Shown: one piece after another, positions 47,223 to 57,970 of the stretch
How the letters are laid out: every line of letters begins with the position of its first letter
Numbering within the stretch: the stretch's first letter is position 1
Source: a virus
IMG/VR virus record: IMGVR_UViG_3300027833_000013
Coordinates: 32,001-96,000 of that record
DNA: 64,000 nt
Strand: one strand, 5' to 3'
Notes under the pieces: model-generated
Seen by the model: only the letters and a program-made list of their open reading frames with translations
Databases searched by the model: none
Told to the model about the DNA's origin: nothing
Made by a program: the position numbers and the translations under genes

Positions 47223-48991
47223 TCTATAATCTCAATATCATTTTCATATGATGTAAATCCGTTTTCCTTAACAACTTTCATTACGTTATTAACTCTTCCA
47301 ATAAGCTCATCCTTGTGAGAGATAAGAAATACATTCTTTTCGCCTTCTCTAGCCATCTTCTTAAGGACACCTAACGAATTTTCAACACCAGCAGTGTCCA
47401 TACCACTATCAATAAGTTCATCAATAAATAATAAGTTAATCTTTTGATATAAACTTTCCCAAACGTCACGGAATGCAAAACTCATACCTAAGATAAGTCT
47501 GTTACGTTCTCCGCGTGACAAGTTATCAAAGTCTAAGTCTTGACCTAACTGAGTAATTTCAACATTTAAGTCATTTAAGAATACTACTTGATGTGGTAAG
47601 CCGAGTTTGTCAAGATACATTGAAAGTCTATTGTTAAGATACATCAAGTTCTGATCAATAATCTTTTTACGGATAAAACTATCTTTATTAGTAAGAAGTT
47701 TTAATAAGAAGTCTTGGTGTTCTTTAAAACTAGTAAGCTCGTTTACTATATTCCAGTTAATCTCTTGCATTGCACTATTGTTTAATTCATCAATTTGTGC
47801 TTGATAAGGGTCTAATTCTTGTTCTTTACTATTTAATGCTTGCTTTAAGCTATCTACGTTAGTCCTATGGTCGTATGCTTCTTTAGCAGTATCATAAAAT
47901 GTAGTAGGCTTACCGTTAATATCACCGATATCACCGAGCCCTTTTGTAACATCGTTTACTTTAATAGTAATCTCAGACTGATACGCAATAGCATCAACAA
48001 GTTCTTTAGATTTACGTTCTGCAATCTCTGCCTTTTTGTCTGCATGTAGCTCTTGACCACATGTATAACATGTTGCATCGTCTAGTTCTGCAATGTCTTT
48101 ATTTGCCTTTTCAACAGTCTTGTCGGCACGTACTAATGCTGGTTCTAATGTACTTAATTCTTTTTTAAGAGCCAAAATAGCATTGTTATGCTGTGTCCAA
48201 TTAGACAACTTTTCATGCGACTCTAGTTCAGTGTTAATATCTAAGTGTTCTAGTTGATCGATGCCTAATTGTAGTTTTTTTACGTCTTGTTCATTTTTAG
48301 AAAGCCATGCACGTTGTGTACTTTGTAAACTCTCAATAGTTCCGCCGATCTTTTCATTAGCACTTTGGATAGCATTAATTTTTAATGTTTCTTCTTGGAT
48401 AGCATCTTTAGTTTTCTTAGTTTGTTCTTTAAGTGTATCGGCTTTTTCACTAAGGATGGTAATACCAAGTAGTTGTTCAATAATTGCACGTTGGTCGTTC
48501 TGCCGCATACTTAAAAATGGTTCAGTATAGGTGTTTAGTGCAAGTATATGCTTAAACATATCGTGACTCATGTCAAGCAAGTCGTTAATAAACTCCTGAG
48601 TCTTGCGACTGTCACCTTGTGACTCGTCTGTCATCTCTTGTTCGTGCTCATCAACATAAAACTTTAGTACATTAGGTGAACGTCCGCGCTCGATACGATA
48701 GTCAACATTGTTTTTTTCAAAATGCAGTGTAACAAGCATGCCTTTTGAGTTTGTTTTGTTGATTAAGTTGTTTTTCTTAATGTTAGTAAGTGCAGTACCG
48801 TACAATGCATAAGACAATGCATTAATGATAGTAGTTTTACCAGTACCGTTACGTGATCCACTATCGTCGCCTCCTTGATCTAAGTTTTCGCCTAGAACTA
48901 GTGTTAGGTTGTCTTTGTCAAAGTCTACGGCTTGGGTCTGATTGCCTACACTCATAAAGTTACGTACTGTAAGGTCTTTAATTTTTATCAT
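47219..48991 (-). CDS. gp46: Recombination endonuclease ATPase subunit (gp46/SbcC/Rad50)
   Basis: NFMSVG, Walker A NGTGKT, CYTC zinc hook, LSRGE signature, FIDE Walker B, ISH. Confidence 0.95.
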   Translation of the reverse strand: MIKIKDLTVRNFMSVGNQTQAVDFDKDNLTLVLGENLDQGGDDSGSRNGTGKTTIINALSYALYGTALTNIKKNNLINKTNSKGMLVTLHFEKNNVDYRIERGRSPNVLKFYVDEHEQEMTDESQGDSRKTQEFINDLLDMSHDMFKHILALNTYTEPFLSMRQNDQRAIIEQLLGITILSEKADTLKEQTKKTKDAIQEETLKINAIQSANEKIGGTIESLQSTQRAWLSKNEQDVKKLQLGIDQLEHLDINTELESHEKLSNWTQHNNAILALKKELSTLEPALVRADKTVEKANKDIAELDDATCYTCGQELHADKKAEIAERKSKELVDAIAYQSEITIKVNDVTKGLGDIGDINGKPTTFYDTAKEAYDHRTNVDSLKQALNSKEQELDPYQAQIDELNNSAMQEINWNIVNELTSFKEHQDFLLKLLTNKDSFIRKKIIDQNLMYLNNRLSMYLDKLGLPHQVVFLNDLNVEITQLGQDLDFDNLSRGERNRLILGMSFAFRDVWESLYQKINLLFIDELIDSGMDTAGVENSLGVLKKMAREGEKNVFLISHKDELIGRVNNVMKVVKENGFTSYENDIEIIE

Positions 48992-49998
48992 AGTTCGTTA
49001 TAAATATCCATTAGCATCTTCTTATCGAAGTTGTCTGAGTCAATTGCATTAATTTCTCCTGCAACAATTTGATCTACGCTTTCGAATTGTGCAATGTCTA
49101 GTTCTGTATTAATGTCTTCTAACTGTTTTTGTGGAATTAAACTAATTTCACGACAGTTGTAAGTATTAATAAACGTTTCTTTAATAAAACTTGCCTCTTC
49201 AAAGCTAATAGGCAAGTCTAAGTTAACACGTAGATACATATTAGGTTTAATAATTGTATCTGCTTCGTCGATTAATTGACTTAGTTTAATAGTACGGTAC
49301 TTGGGACAGTCAGGCCAGTTAAGGTATACTGGCTCAGCATCGTTTTCTCTATCGAGTATCATCATACCACGGTCATCATCCCATGCATCTGCATAGTTGT
49401 GCGGAAACGCATTACCTAAGTAATGTACCACGCCTTGTTGCTGACGTTTATGGAAGTGTCCACTAAAAACATAAGACTGATTAGCAAAGTCTTCTGCTCT
49501 AAGCTCTCCGTGGTCGGGCATCTGTACCATAGCGTTCATATAGAAGCTAGGTAGCTCAAAATGCCCAAATATATATTTGCTTTTTAGCTTTTTAAGTTTC
49601 TTCCATTCGTCGCCTACTAACCAAGGCACAATAGTAACATCCTCGATTGTTGTAAGTTCGTCGATAAATGTAATACCTGGAATATGTTTTGCAAATGCAG
49701 TACTATTAACGTCACGCTTGTCTTTATAATACAAGTCGTGGTTACCATCAAAGAAGAAGAACTGCTCAAAGGCAGCTCCTAGCTTCTCCATACAACGGAT
49801 AGTAGCATCCATAGTTGTAAGATTTAAACTGTTTCTATTATGGTGCCAATCACCACAAAAAATACCAGTCTCACAACCGTTGGTTTTTGCTTGTTCAATA
49901 TACCAATCAACAAAGTCTTCACAATCTTGATTGTGCATCTTGCTATTACCTTTTAATCCCAAGTGGATGTCGGTAAAGACTGCGGCTTTTTTAAACAA
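48988..49998 (-). CDS. gp47: Recombination endonuclease nuclease subunit (gp47/SbcD/Mre11)
   Basis: DIHLG, GDWHH, GNHD, GHFE, SGHFH phosphoesterase motifs. Confidence 0.95.
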   Translation of the reverse strand: MFKKAAVFTDIHLGLKGNSKMHNQDCEDFVDWYIEQAKTNGCETGIFCGDWHHNRNSLNLTTMDATIRCMEKLGAAFEQFFFFDGNHDLYYKDKRDVNSTAFAKHIPGITFIDELTTIEDVTIVPWLVGDEWKKLKKLKSKYIFGHFELPSFYMNAMVQMPDHGELRAEDFANQSYVFSGHFHKRQQQGVVHYLGNAFPHNYADAWDDDRGMMILDRENDAEPVYLNWPDCPKYRTIKLSQLIDEADTIIKPNMYLRVNLDLPISFEEASFIKETFINTYNCREISLIPQKQLEDINTELDIAQFESVDQIVAGEINAIDSDNFDKKMLMDIYNEL

Positions 49999-50025
49999 AT
50001 TTACGTCCTCTATGATTCAACTAAC

Positions 50026-50054
50026 ATTATACAACAAAATCTCAATAAGATCAA
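50026..50054 (-). promoter_or_regulatory. Sigma70-type promoter for gp47/gp46
   Basis: TTGATC-17 nt-TATAAT. Confidence 0.7.
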
Positions 50055-50058
50055 TGAC

Positions 50059-50895
50059 TTATTTGGAAGATTTCATTTTATCGGTTTCTCGTTTCTGCTC
50101 TGCTTCCCATTGTCCTTGATTTTGTCTAGTAAAGCTAGGATTCATATTGTTCATTTCTAGAATGTCATCACGGATGTTCTGCGCACGTTTTTCAATATTA
50201 ATAACACGTACAAAACTATTAGTAACTGCGGCAGTGTAATATGCAAACGGATTATCCGACTTAGATTCATCAAACTGTAAACCAATTTGTGCTAATTGTA
50301 GAATAGCTTGTCCGCGCATTTCGTCGTTGTATGTGTAACCACGTACATTGCCTCGAGTAGCATAACGATCACAAAGTTTCATCCACATCATAGCAAGTTT
50401 ATTAGTTGCCTTTCCGTGTGTTTTGTCAAAATGTCCATTTTCCATGCCACCTGCCCAATGACTCTTTCCTACTAATATTAAATCACCGTCATCATTGTAC
50501 TTGTAATGATGAAAAGGTGGAAAATTAAGTTTTGTTTTAGTATCGGCAATAGTTTTTGGGTTCTTTTTACGTCCGGGCTCTTCTGGAATATGATCAAACG
50601 TCATTACACGGAAGATCAATTCTTCCTTAGTAATTGTTTTATAATCTACTTCGCATTCTGCTTGTTTAACTTTATGTCCCAAGCCTTTTCTCCGCTCAAA
50701 TTCAGCAGTCGACATTTTCTTTGCTTTAGCACGTTTAGCTTCAGCAACTGTTAGTCTATTAATTTTTCCAATATCAAGTACAATAAGATCAAACATAGCA
50801 TGTGATTCTTCTGTAAAACTACAGAATGTACTTTTTGATTTATGTATTTCTTTTAATATATCTTTGTTATTTAGGTAATTTACACGTCTAGCCAT
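50059..50895 (-). CDS. gp55: Late transcription sigma factor (gp55-like)
   Basis: NYLNNKD N-terminus; RGYTYNDEM, FDESKSDNPFAYYT...NSF.R.I..EKR. Confidence 0.85.
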   Translation of the reverse strand: MARRVNYLNNKDILKEIHKSKSTFCSFTEESHAMFDLIVLDIGKINRLTVAEAKRAKAKKMSTAEFERRKGLGHKVKQAECEVDYKTITKEELIFRVMTFDHIPEEPGRKKNPKTIADTKTKLNFPPFHHYKYNDDGDLILVGKSHWAGGMENGHFDKTHGKATNKLAMMWMKLCDRYATRGNVRGYTYNDEMRGQAILQLAQIGLQFDESKSDNPFAYYTAAVTNSFVRVINIEKRAQNIRDDILEMNNMNPSFTRQNQGQWEAEQKRETDKMKSSK

Positions 50896-50925
50896 TACTT
50901 CTCCAAGTTATAAGATGTTACATAC

Positions 50926-50954
50926 ATTATAATATACATACATTAAAAAGTCAA
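50926..50954 (-). promoter_or_regulatory. Sigma70-type promoter for gp55
   Basis: TTGACT-17 nt-TATAAT. Confidence 0.8.
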
Positions 50955-50961
50955 CTAAATA
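50955..50961 (+). promoter_or_regulatory. Late promoter for the baseplate operon
   Basis: CTAAATA upstream of AAGGAG and the ATG at 50983. Confidence 0.6.
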
Positions 50962-50982
50962 ACACTATAAGAAGGAGATATT

Positions 50983-51837
50983 ATGCCAGGTCGAAATCCA
51001 TTTACAAGTTTACAAGAAACTTTTGGTAGTGCTATTAATGTTGTAAGTACATTAAAAAGAACAGTAGACACTGTATCTGCGTTTGCCGACAACCCTTTAG
51101 GATTTATGAAAAACATTCGTAGTGCAAACCTCCAACCAGATGCAATGCCAACGTTTAAATCAAATACTAGTGCTATAGTTAAAAGTCCTAGAGGCGAAAA
51201 CGACTGGCGTGTAAGTTTAAGCGTTCCGCCTATAATGAAAGGAATGCCCAAAACATTATTACAGCCTTTAGTTAACACAAATAATAGAATGGTATTTCCT
51301 TTTACGCCGTCTATTATATTTTCTCATTCTGCAAGCTACAATGCATTGCAACCTACACATACTAATTATCCATTTTTTAACTATCAAAGTTCAGCTGTGG
51401 ACGCTATAACTATTGCAGGCGACTTTTTTGTTGAAAATGCAGAAGATGCAGAGTATTGGGTTGCGGCAGTTACTTATTTGCGTACTGTAACTAAAATGTT
51501 TTATGGCACCGGCGCGAATTTAGGTAATCCTCCGCCAATTATTAAACTAAATGGGTACGGAGAGTTTGTTTTTAACAATGTGCCGTGTGTAGTAACTGCA
51601 TTTAATATTGATTTACCGCAAGACGTGGATTATATTAAAACTACAATGGGAGGATCAACAACACCTGGCAATCATCATGCTGATCCTGTAACTACTGAAG
51701 GTGCCGATACATGGGTTCCAGCACAAAGTTTAATATCAGTAACAGTACAACCAATATACAGTAGAGCTAGACAAGCTGAATTTAATTTAAACGATTTTGT
51801 TAGTGGTAAACTAATAACAGGTAAAGGAATGATTTAA
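50983..51837 (+). CDS. Baseplate / tail-tube initiator-like protein
   Basis: FPFTP, HTNY, GNPPPIIKLNGYG, VPCVVT.F pattern; directly precedes the LysM-like gene. Confidence 0.65.
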   Translation: MPGRNPFTSLQETFGSAINVVSTLKRTVDTVSAFADNPLGFMKNIRSANLQPDAMPTFKSNTSAIVKSPRGENDWRVSLSVPPIMKGMPKTLLQPLVNTNNRMVFPFTPSIIFSHSASYNALQPTHTNYPFFNYQSSAVDAITIAGDFFVENAEDAEYWVAAVTYLRTVTKMFYGTGANLGNPPPIIKLNGYGEFVFNNVPCVVTAFNIDLPQDVDYIKTTMGGSTTPGNHHADPVTTEGADTWVPAQSLISVTVQPIYSRARQAEFNLNDFVSGKLITGKGMI

Positions 51838-52139
51838 TGGCAAGTTATAATAATTCTAGTCCGTGGGCAAATACAAAGGTTGTAGATCAAAGATATTTAG
51901 GATTGTTTCAAATCCGTCCTGTTCCTAAAGAAAGTGACGATGTATTATATGAAATTGAATCTCAATATACTCATAGGCCAGATTTATTAGCTTACGATCT
52001 ATACGGAAGTACAAAATTGTGGTGGGTATTTGCGCAAAGGAATATGGACACAATTAAAGACCCAATTTATGATATCGAAGCAGGCGTAGAAATTTATCTA
52101 CCAAAAGGACCTTCATTAAAACGCTTGTTAGGAATTTAA
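51837..52139 (+). CDS. gp53: Baseplate wedge protein gp53-like (LysM-like)
   Basis: RPDLLAYDLYGS.KLWWVFA.RN. Confidence 0.85.
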   Translation: MASYNNSSPWANTKVVDQRYLGLFQIRPVPKESDDVLYEIESQYTHRPDLLAYDLYGSTKLWWVFAQRNMDTIKDPIYDIEAGVEIYLPKGPSLKRLLGI

Positions 52140-52142
52140 AAG

Positions 52143-55100
52143 ATGCCACCTAATTTTAACGGACTGCGTAACAACATTGCTAGAAAAGTAAATTCAATTA
52201 AAGAATTGGTACCGGATATTTCATCAACGTTAGAAGGTGAAGTTTCTAAATTCACAAATGAACTAGCTTCTTTTGATTTTACTAAATCTGCAATAAACGT
52301 ATTAGGCATAAATGACGGTACTGCGGTTTCAAGTCTACTTAGTAAACTTAATGGACCGGGAGCAACAGCAGACTCTTTTAATTTTAAAAGCAATTTAAGT
52401 GCAAAACCTGGTCCAATTGGCACTACAAATAAGCCTGGAGAATTAGTTCCAGGTCAGAGTCCCGGTCCGTGGGCAAATGAACTTGAAGGCTTTGCTAGTA
52501 TGAATTGTTTAATGACACTTTCGGCATTAACTAAAGACGAAGTAAATGACCCTGATGGTACATATAGAAAATCCGGTGTTGCTGAAAATAGAATAATTTG
52601 TAGGAGCGGCGGCTCCGGTACTAAGAAAGTTAAAACTGCATACGAAAAGGTACTAGGAAAGACCCTAGAATTTTTCCTAGATGATTTAGAATTTAAATCA
52701 ATAATGGTGGCAGACAACGATGCTAGAAATTCTAATGTAACAACCCTAGCGTTTGAAGTTACTGAACCTTATAGTATGGGATTATTTTTAAATACTCTTA
52801 AGGCTGCGGCAACTTTAGGCGGCTATGCAAACTATATCGAAGCTACATACATGCTAACACTAGAATTTGTCGGTACGGACGAAGAGGGCAACATGGGAGT
52901 TGCTCCTTATTCTAGGAGATTTCTTCCAATTAAACTTAAGACTGTTAGGCTTAAAGTATCCGGCTCCGGCTCTGTCTACGCATGTACAGCATACTTGTCA
53001 AATGAACAAGCAATGCAAGATGCAGTACAGCAAGTAAAAACGGATATTGCAGTAACAGGAGCTACAGTTAGAGAACTATTGCAGTCAGGCGGCCAAAGTC
53101 TAACTACTATACTAAACACTAGATTGCTTGACATGCAAGATAAGGGACAAGTAAACGTTGCAGACCAATATGTTATTGTGTTTCCAGAAGACCGCACAAG
53201 TGCGACTGGAAGGCCTTCGGCTGCATCTAGCAATAGCTCTTCTGGAGCAACTATAAATCCATATGGATCTATGGCAGATGGTGAATTTGGCGGAATGGCT
53301 AGCTCTTCAAATCAATTAACACGAGCAGAATTAACAGAACAGTATAGATCTATTACAGGTGATAACGAAGGAGAAGTGCCACTAAATTACGACCAATATA
53401 TTAATAGTATTTCTGGCATTGTTAGATCGTCCACTGAATTTGGTTCTGCATTTAAAGATTATGCTAATAGTGATTTTGCAACAAATATAATTGGCCAAGC
53501 TGCCATTATTAATAATCCAGTTGAAGCAGGTCAGTCTCCGATGGGATCAATGCAGTATTCTCAAGAAAATATTGACAGGTACCCTATTTTCTCAAGAGGC
53601 TCAGCAGAATTACAAACTAGTGGCACTAATAGAATGTTTAAGTTTAGAGCAGGTGCACGAATACAAGATATAATCGAAGAAGTACTGTTAGTTAGTTCAT
53701 ATGGACAAGCACTTGCTGGACAACTTTCAGACATTACAAACCCTACAGGAATGGTTCAGTGGTACAGGATTGAAGCAGATACTTACACTGTTCCAGAAAA
53801 CACAGAAGTGCTTAGAACCGGCACAAGTCCTAACATTTATGTGTATAGAGTTGTGCCTTATATGGTGCATTCTAGCGTGTTTAGTAACCCAGCAACTCCG
53901 GCAGTTGGTATAGGAGCGTTAAAAGCTGAAGCGGCAAAAGAATATGAATATATTTACACTGGCAGAAATAAAGATATTTTAGATTTTGAGATTGATTATA
54001 GGTTTGCCTTCCAAGCAGGCGCTTTAGCAGATTCTGCGTCAAGTTCAGCTCAACAGCGACAAGGCAGTGCTGTGCAATCAACACCTAACCCACATTCTTC
54101 ATCTTATACAGCTGGTGGTGAATCAGCCGCTGAGTTTGTACCTGTGGAAGGTATGGTCTCACAAGTCGAAGTTATCAATGCAGGAGCAATAGCAGGCGGC
54201 GGCTCTGAAATAAGCAATGCAGAAATAAGCATCGCACGAAATTTTAATGACAGATTAGTTAACAGTAAAAATGATTTGCTAATGGCCGAACTAACAATTA
54301 TTGGTGATCCCTTTTATCTTAGTGATAACGGCGCAGGAAATTATCATGCCGGCGACACTTCGTATACTAATATGACCGAAGACGGCACGGCAAACTATTC
54401 CAACGGCCAGGTACACATTAATATATTATTTAGAACTCCGGTTGATATTGATGAAGATGTAGGAAATTATACATTTCCTGAAGACTTGCTATTAGTTGAA
54501 TCATTTAGCGGATTGTATATGGTTAAAACAGTTATGTCAACTATTAGTAAAAACCAATTTACTCAAACCCTATCACTGAATCGAGTTTTAAATCAGCAAG
54601 AGTCATCTACTACTGCAAATACTGGTATAATGGTTAGTACTACTGACGCAAGAGAATCATTAAATGAACGAGCACTTGACGTACAACGTATTGCAAGTGC
54701 GGCAATAAGTGAATTGAATTTTCCATCTAATATAATTGCATATCAAGACGAGTTAGCACAATTACTACCAAAAGTGCAGGAACTCGGAACTATAGCAGAA
54801 CAAGCCAAAGCCGCGTTAAATACTGATGAACTAGCACTATTTGGCAAAGTAGGTGAATTGGCAGAATCGCTAGAAGCTAGTATGGGCAACTTTGATATTG
54901 GCCAAGTCGGCCTTGACTTTGAAAATATTGAGCAAACATTAGGTCAATTTACAGGAATTAATTTGGATACTATTAAAACAAGTACATTACCTTCGTTAGG
55001 TACTATTGGCGCAAGTGTGTTACCATCCATACCGTTGCCAGGTGTAGGGTCATTAAATGCGGCAGCAAGTTTTGCACAGTCAAGAGGCGCAAGTGAATTA

Positions 55101-55262
55101 AATGCCTTAAATAGCAATCTAAGAGATAACATAGGCGGAGCAACAAGTGCTTTAACTGGACCACTTAGAACGATAGAGTTACCGGCCGTTAATTTGCCTA
55201 ATGTAGATTTAGGCGGCCAGCGGGTATTTAACACGCTAACTAATAGATGGGAAAGCTTCTAA
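52143..55262 (+). CDS. Baseplate hub protein (gp27-like position, enlarged)
   Basis: EPYSMG, KEYEYIYTG.N.DI, LTIIGDP, SGLY.V..V......FTQTL motifs; lies between gp53 and gp5. Confidence 0.65.
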   Translation: MPPNFNGLRNNIARKVNSIKELVPDISSTLEGEVSKFTNELASFDFTKSAINVLGINDGTAVSSLLSKLNGPGATADSFNFKSNLSAKPGPIGTTNKPGELVPGQSPGPWANELEGFASMNCLMTLSALTKDEVNDPDGTYRKSGVAENRIICRSGGSGTKKVKTAYEKVLGKTLEFFLDDLEFKSIMVADNDARNSNVTTLAFEVTEPYSMGLFLNTLKAAATLGGYANYIEATYMLTLEFVGTDEEGNMGVAPYSRRFLPIKLKTVRLKVSGSGSVYACTAYLSNEQAMQDAVQQVKTDIAVTGATVRELLQSGGQSLTTILNTRLLDMQDKGQVNVADQYVIVFPEDRTSATGRPSAASSNSSSGATINPYGSMADGEFGGMASSSNQLTRAELTEQYRSITGDNEGEVPLNYDQYINSISGIVRSSTEFGSAFKDYANSDFATNIIGQAAIINNPVEAGQSPMGSMQYSQENIDRYPIFSRGSAELQTSGTNRMFKFRAGARIQDIIEEVLLVSSYGQALAGQLSDITNPTGMVQWYRIEADTYTVPENTEVLRTGTSPNIYVYRVVPYMVHSSVFSNPATPAVGIGALKAEAAKEYEYIYTGRNKDILDFEIDYRFAFQAGALADSASSSAQQRQGSAVQSTPNPHSSSYTAGGESAAEFVPVEGMVSQVEVINAGAIAGGGSEISNAEISIARNFNDRLVNSKNDLLMAELTIIGDPFYLSDNGAGNYHAGDTSYTNMTEDGTANYSNGQVHINILFRTPVDIDEDVGNYTFPEDLLLVESFSGLYMVKTVMSTISKNQFTQTLSLNRVLNQQESSTTANTGIMVSTTDARESLNERALDVQRIASAAISELNFPSNIIAYQDELAQLLPKVQELGTIAEQAKAALNTDELALFGKVGELAESLEASMGNFDIGQVGLDFENIEQTLGQFTGINLDTIKTSTLPSLGTIGASVLPSIPLPGVGSLNAAASFAQSRGASELNALNSNLRDNIGGATSALTGPLRTIELPAVNLPNVDLGGQRVFNTLTNRWESF

Positions 55263-57970
55263 TGCCACCAAACAATAACCAAAACAATTTAAGATCTAAA
55301 CAACATATTGATCCTAGTTCACCGGGACCGTTTGAAGCTATTGTAGTTAATCATTTAGATCCTCACTATATGGGAACACTTCAAGTTGAACTATTAAAAC
55401 AGACAGGAGCAGGTAATCAACCTGAGCGATCAGGACAAATGATCGAAGCTAGATATTTAAGTCCGTTTTACGGCGTTACACCAACTGGAGCAACATCTGG
55501 AAATGAAGGATATAAAAATTCTCAAAAATCATATGGCTTTTGGGGAGTGCCGCCTGATATTGGAACTACAGTTTTAGTAATTCTTGTAGAACAAAGTTTG
55601 TCTAAAGCATTTTGGATAGGGTGTGTACAAGAAGAAAATATGAACTTTATGGTGCCAGGGTATGCTGGTACAGATAATTTATCTGATTACGGTAACCGAG
55701 CACCGTCAGCAGAATATAACAAACAGTTACAATCTGTAAAACTTAAAGATGCTACCAAATATAAAAAACCAGTACATGTTGATCTTGCAAGGTCATTAAT
55801 CCGGCAAGGATTAATATCTGACGATGTTAGAGGAATAACTACTTCAAGTGCTAGACGAGAAGTTCCTAGTGCTGTTTTTGGAATAAGCACTGGCGGCCCA
55901 GTAGACAAACGCACAGGTGCACCAAAAAGTGAAGTAGGACCAGTTGGTCAAAAAACTAATATACATACACATAGACTAGGTGGTTCGTCGTTTGTAATGG
56001 ATGACGGTGACGACAAGTTTATAAGAAAAGGTAAAGCAGAAGATACTCCAATGGAGTATGTAAGTTTAGAGGCAGGCGAAGTTGGCGGTGATCCCACATT
56101 ACCTGCTAATGAACTGTTGCGATTAAAAACTCGTACAGGCCATCAAATACTTTTGCACAATACTGAAGATTTAATTTACATTGGAAATGCAAAAGGTACA
56201 GCCTGGATTGAACTTACATCAAATGGTAAAATAGATATCTTTGCCGCAGATAGTATAAGTGTGCATACACAAGTTGATATGAATTTTACAGCAGATCGAG
56301 ATATAAATTTTGTTGCAGGACAAAACTTAAATATGGTAGTTGGACAAGACATCAAAGCTACTACAGGTTCTAATATGAATTTTGTTGTAGGTAAAAATGC
56401 TATGTGGAATGTAGGTGATAGTTACGATGTTGCCTCAGGCGGAAGTATATCGCAATATGCAGAAGGAAATTCTACATATACGTCAACTGGAAATGCCAAC
56501 TTTTTATCAGGAGCAGAAGTATTTATTGGTTCATCTGGCGGCAACGTCAACTTAGATGCTTGCAATAGTTTGAAGATAAATGCAGACCAAGAAGGTCATA
56601 TACATATTGGAACTGATTTACATATTACATCTAAAGGTGAAACAGACATCAAATCTACAGGCGAAATGGCTGTACAAAGTACTGCGGCTATGCGAATACA
56701 CAGCGAAGCAACATTAGATATACTTGGTGCTACTACAACTAAAGTTTCATCAACTGGTACATTAGATATTAATGGCGGTACTGCAATTAAGATGACAGGA
56801 TCATCAATTGACTTAAATGGACCATCTCCGGCGTCATTGGCAACGGCAGCCGGTGCAGAAACTGCGTTAGTTCCGGCAGCACCAACACCGCTTGCACCCG
56901 AACCAGCATCAGTAGCAGAACAAGCATCAAGAATACCACAGCACGAACCGTGGTATGAACACGAAAACTTAAATCCAACATTATATACTCCGGATAAAAC
57001 TAGAGCAAACACTGAACAACTTCCAACATTTGTGCCTCGTACTCCTGATACATTTGCTAAGTCAATTGGTACACCTATATTTGGCGCACCCCCAGTTGTG
57101 TCTAATAGAAGAAATTCTACGGGCGAGGTAGGTGTAACAACCCCTACTTCATATTACGGAGCATCTAGCACACCAGCGTATGACTCGCAGGAGTCATTAG
57201 GAATATCTCCTGCACCCGGTGCACCAGCATCTAGTGACATACGAGAACGAGCTAGAGTATTAGCATCAGCTATGCGAGCTGTAGGATTTACTGACGACGA
57301 AACGTTATTATCAATAATTGCAGTTTGTCATACTGAAAGTAGATTGCTACCTGCAGAAGAACTAAGTTATGGTAATAATACTAATAGCTATATTAGAAGT
57401 ATATTTAAAACAGCAACTAGGGGAGTTAGTGAAGCCGAACTTACTGCGGCCAAGTCTACAAAAACTTCTTTCTTTGAATTAGTATACGGTAACAATAATG
57501 CAAAAGGACGTGAACTAGGAAATCAATTTGATGGTGACGGTGGTGCATTTATTGGAAGAGGAATTATACAATTAACTGGCCGAGCAAATTATGAAAGATA
57601 CGGCAAAGCCGCAGGGCTTATTGACGAAGCATTAGTTGATGGACCCGACGGTACAAACAAAAACCCGAACGGCGTTACTGTAATTGCTAATCCTAGTTTA
57701 TTGGCTACTGATTTTGTAACAAGTTGTAACGTAGCCGCACAATATCTTAAAGATAGATACCGTCCTAATAGAGGCAGGGGAATATTAGGTGATCTAAGAC
57801 TATGTATTAATGCAGGCGGATATGATCATGCATATCCTAAAGACTTGCAATTTTTAAACGCAATTGATGCAACTTGGATACAAGAACCTCTACCTGAATC
57901 AGTACAAGGCATTGACGATAATGTTACTAACGCAGGCGGAACGCAAGAAAGAAGAAAAGGACCATTTTAA
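55262..57970 (+). CDS. gp5: Baseplate central spike (gp5/VgrG-like) with C-terminal GH19-like muramidase
   Basis: DP...G.LQV, PPDIGT.V.V OB-fold; RTGHQI; beta-helix repeats ending IDLN; HTES, GRGIIQLTGRANY, INAG (GH19). Start 55262 overlaps the upstream stop (TAATG). Confidence 0.85.
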   Translation: MPPNNNQNNLRSKQHIDPSSPGPFEAIVVNHLDPHYMGTLQVELLKQTGAGNQPERSGQMIEARYLSPFYGVTPTGATSGNEGYKNSQKSYGFWGVPPDIGTTVLVILVEQSLSKAFWIGCVQEENMNFMVPGYAGTDNLSDYGNRAPSAEYNKQLQSVKLKDATKYKKPVHVDLARSLIRQGLISDDVRGITTSSARREVPSAVFGISTGGPVDKRTGAPKSEVGPVGQKTNIHTHRLGGSSFVMDDGDDKFIRKGKAEDTPMEYVSLEAGEVGGDPTLPANELLRLKTRTGHQILLHNTEDLIYIGNAKGTAWIELTSNGKIDIFAADSISVHTQVDMNFTADRDINFVAGQNLNMVVGQDIKATTGSNMNFVVGKNAMWNVGDSYDVASGGSISQYAEGNSTYTSTGNANFLSGAEVFIGSSGGNVNLDACNSLKINADQEGHIHIGTDLHITSKGETDIKSTGEMAVQSTAAMRIHSEATLDILGATTTKVSSTGTLDINGGTAIKMTGSSIDLNGPSPASLATAAGAETALVPAAPTPLAPEPASVAEQASRIPQHEPWYEHENLNPTLYTPDKTRANTEQLPTFVPRTPDTFAKSIGTPIFGAPPVVSNRRNSTGEVGVTTPTSYYGASSTPAYDSQESLGISPAPGAPASSDIRERARVLASAMRAVGFTDDETLLSIIAVCHTESRLLPAEELSYGNNTNSYIRSIFKTATRGVSEAELTAAKSTKTSFFELVYGNNNAKGRELGNQFDGDGGAFIGRGIIQLTGRANYERYGKAAGLIDEALVDGPDGTNKNPNGVTVIANPSLLATDFVTSCNVAAQYLKDRYRPNRGRGILGDLRLCINAGGYDHAYPKDLQFLNAIDATWIQEPLPESVQGIDDNVTNAGGTQERRKGPF

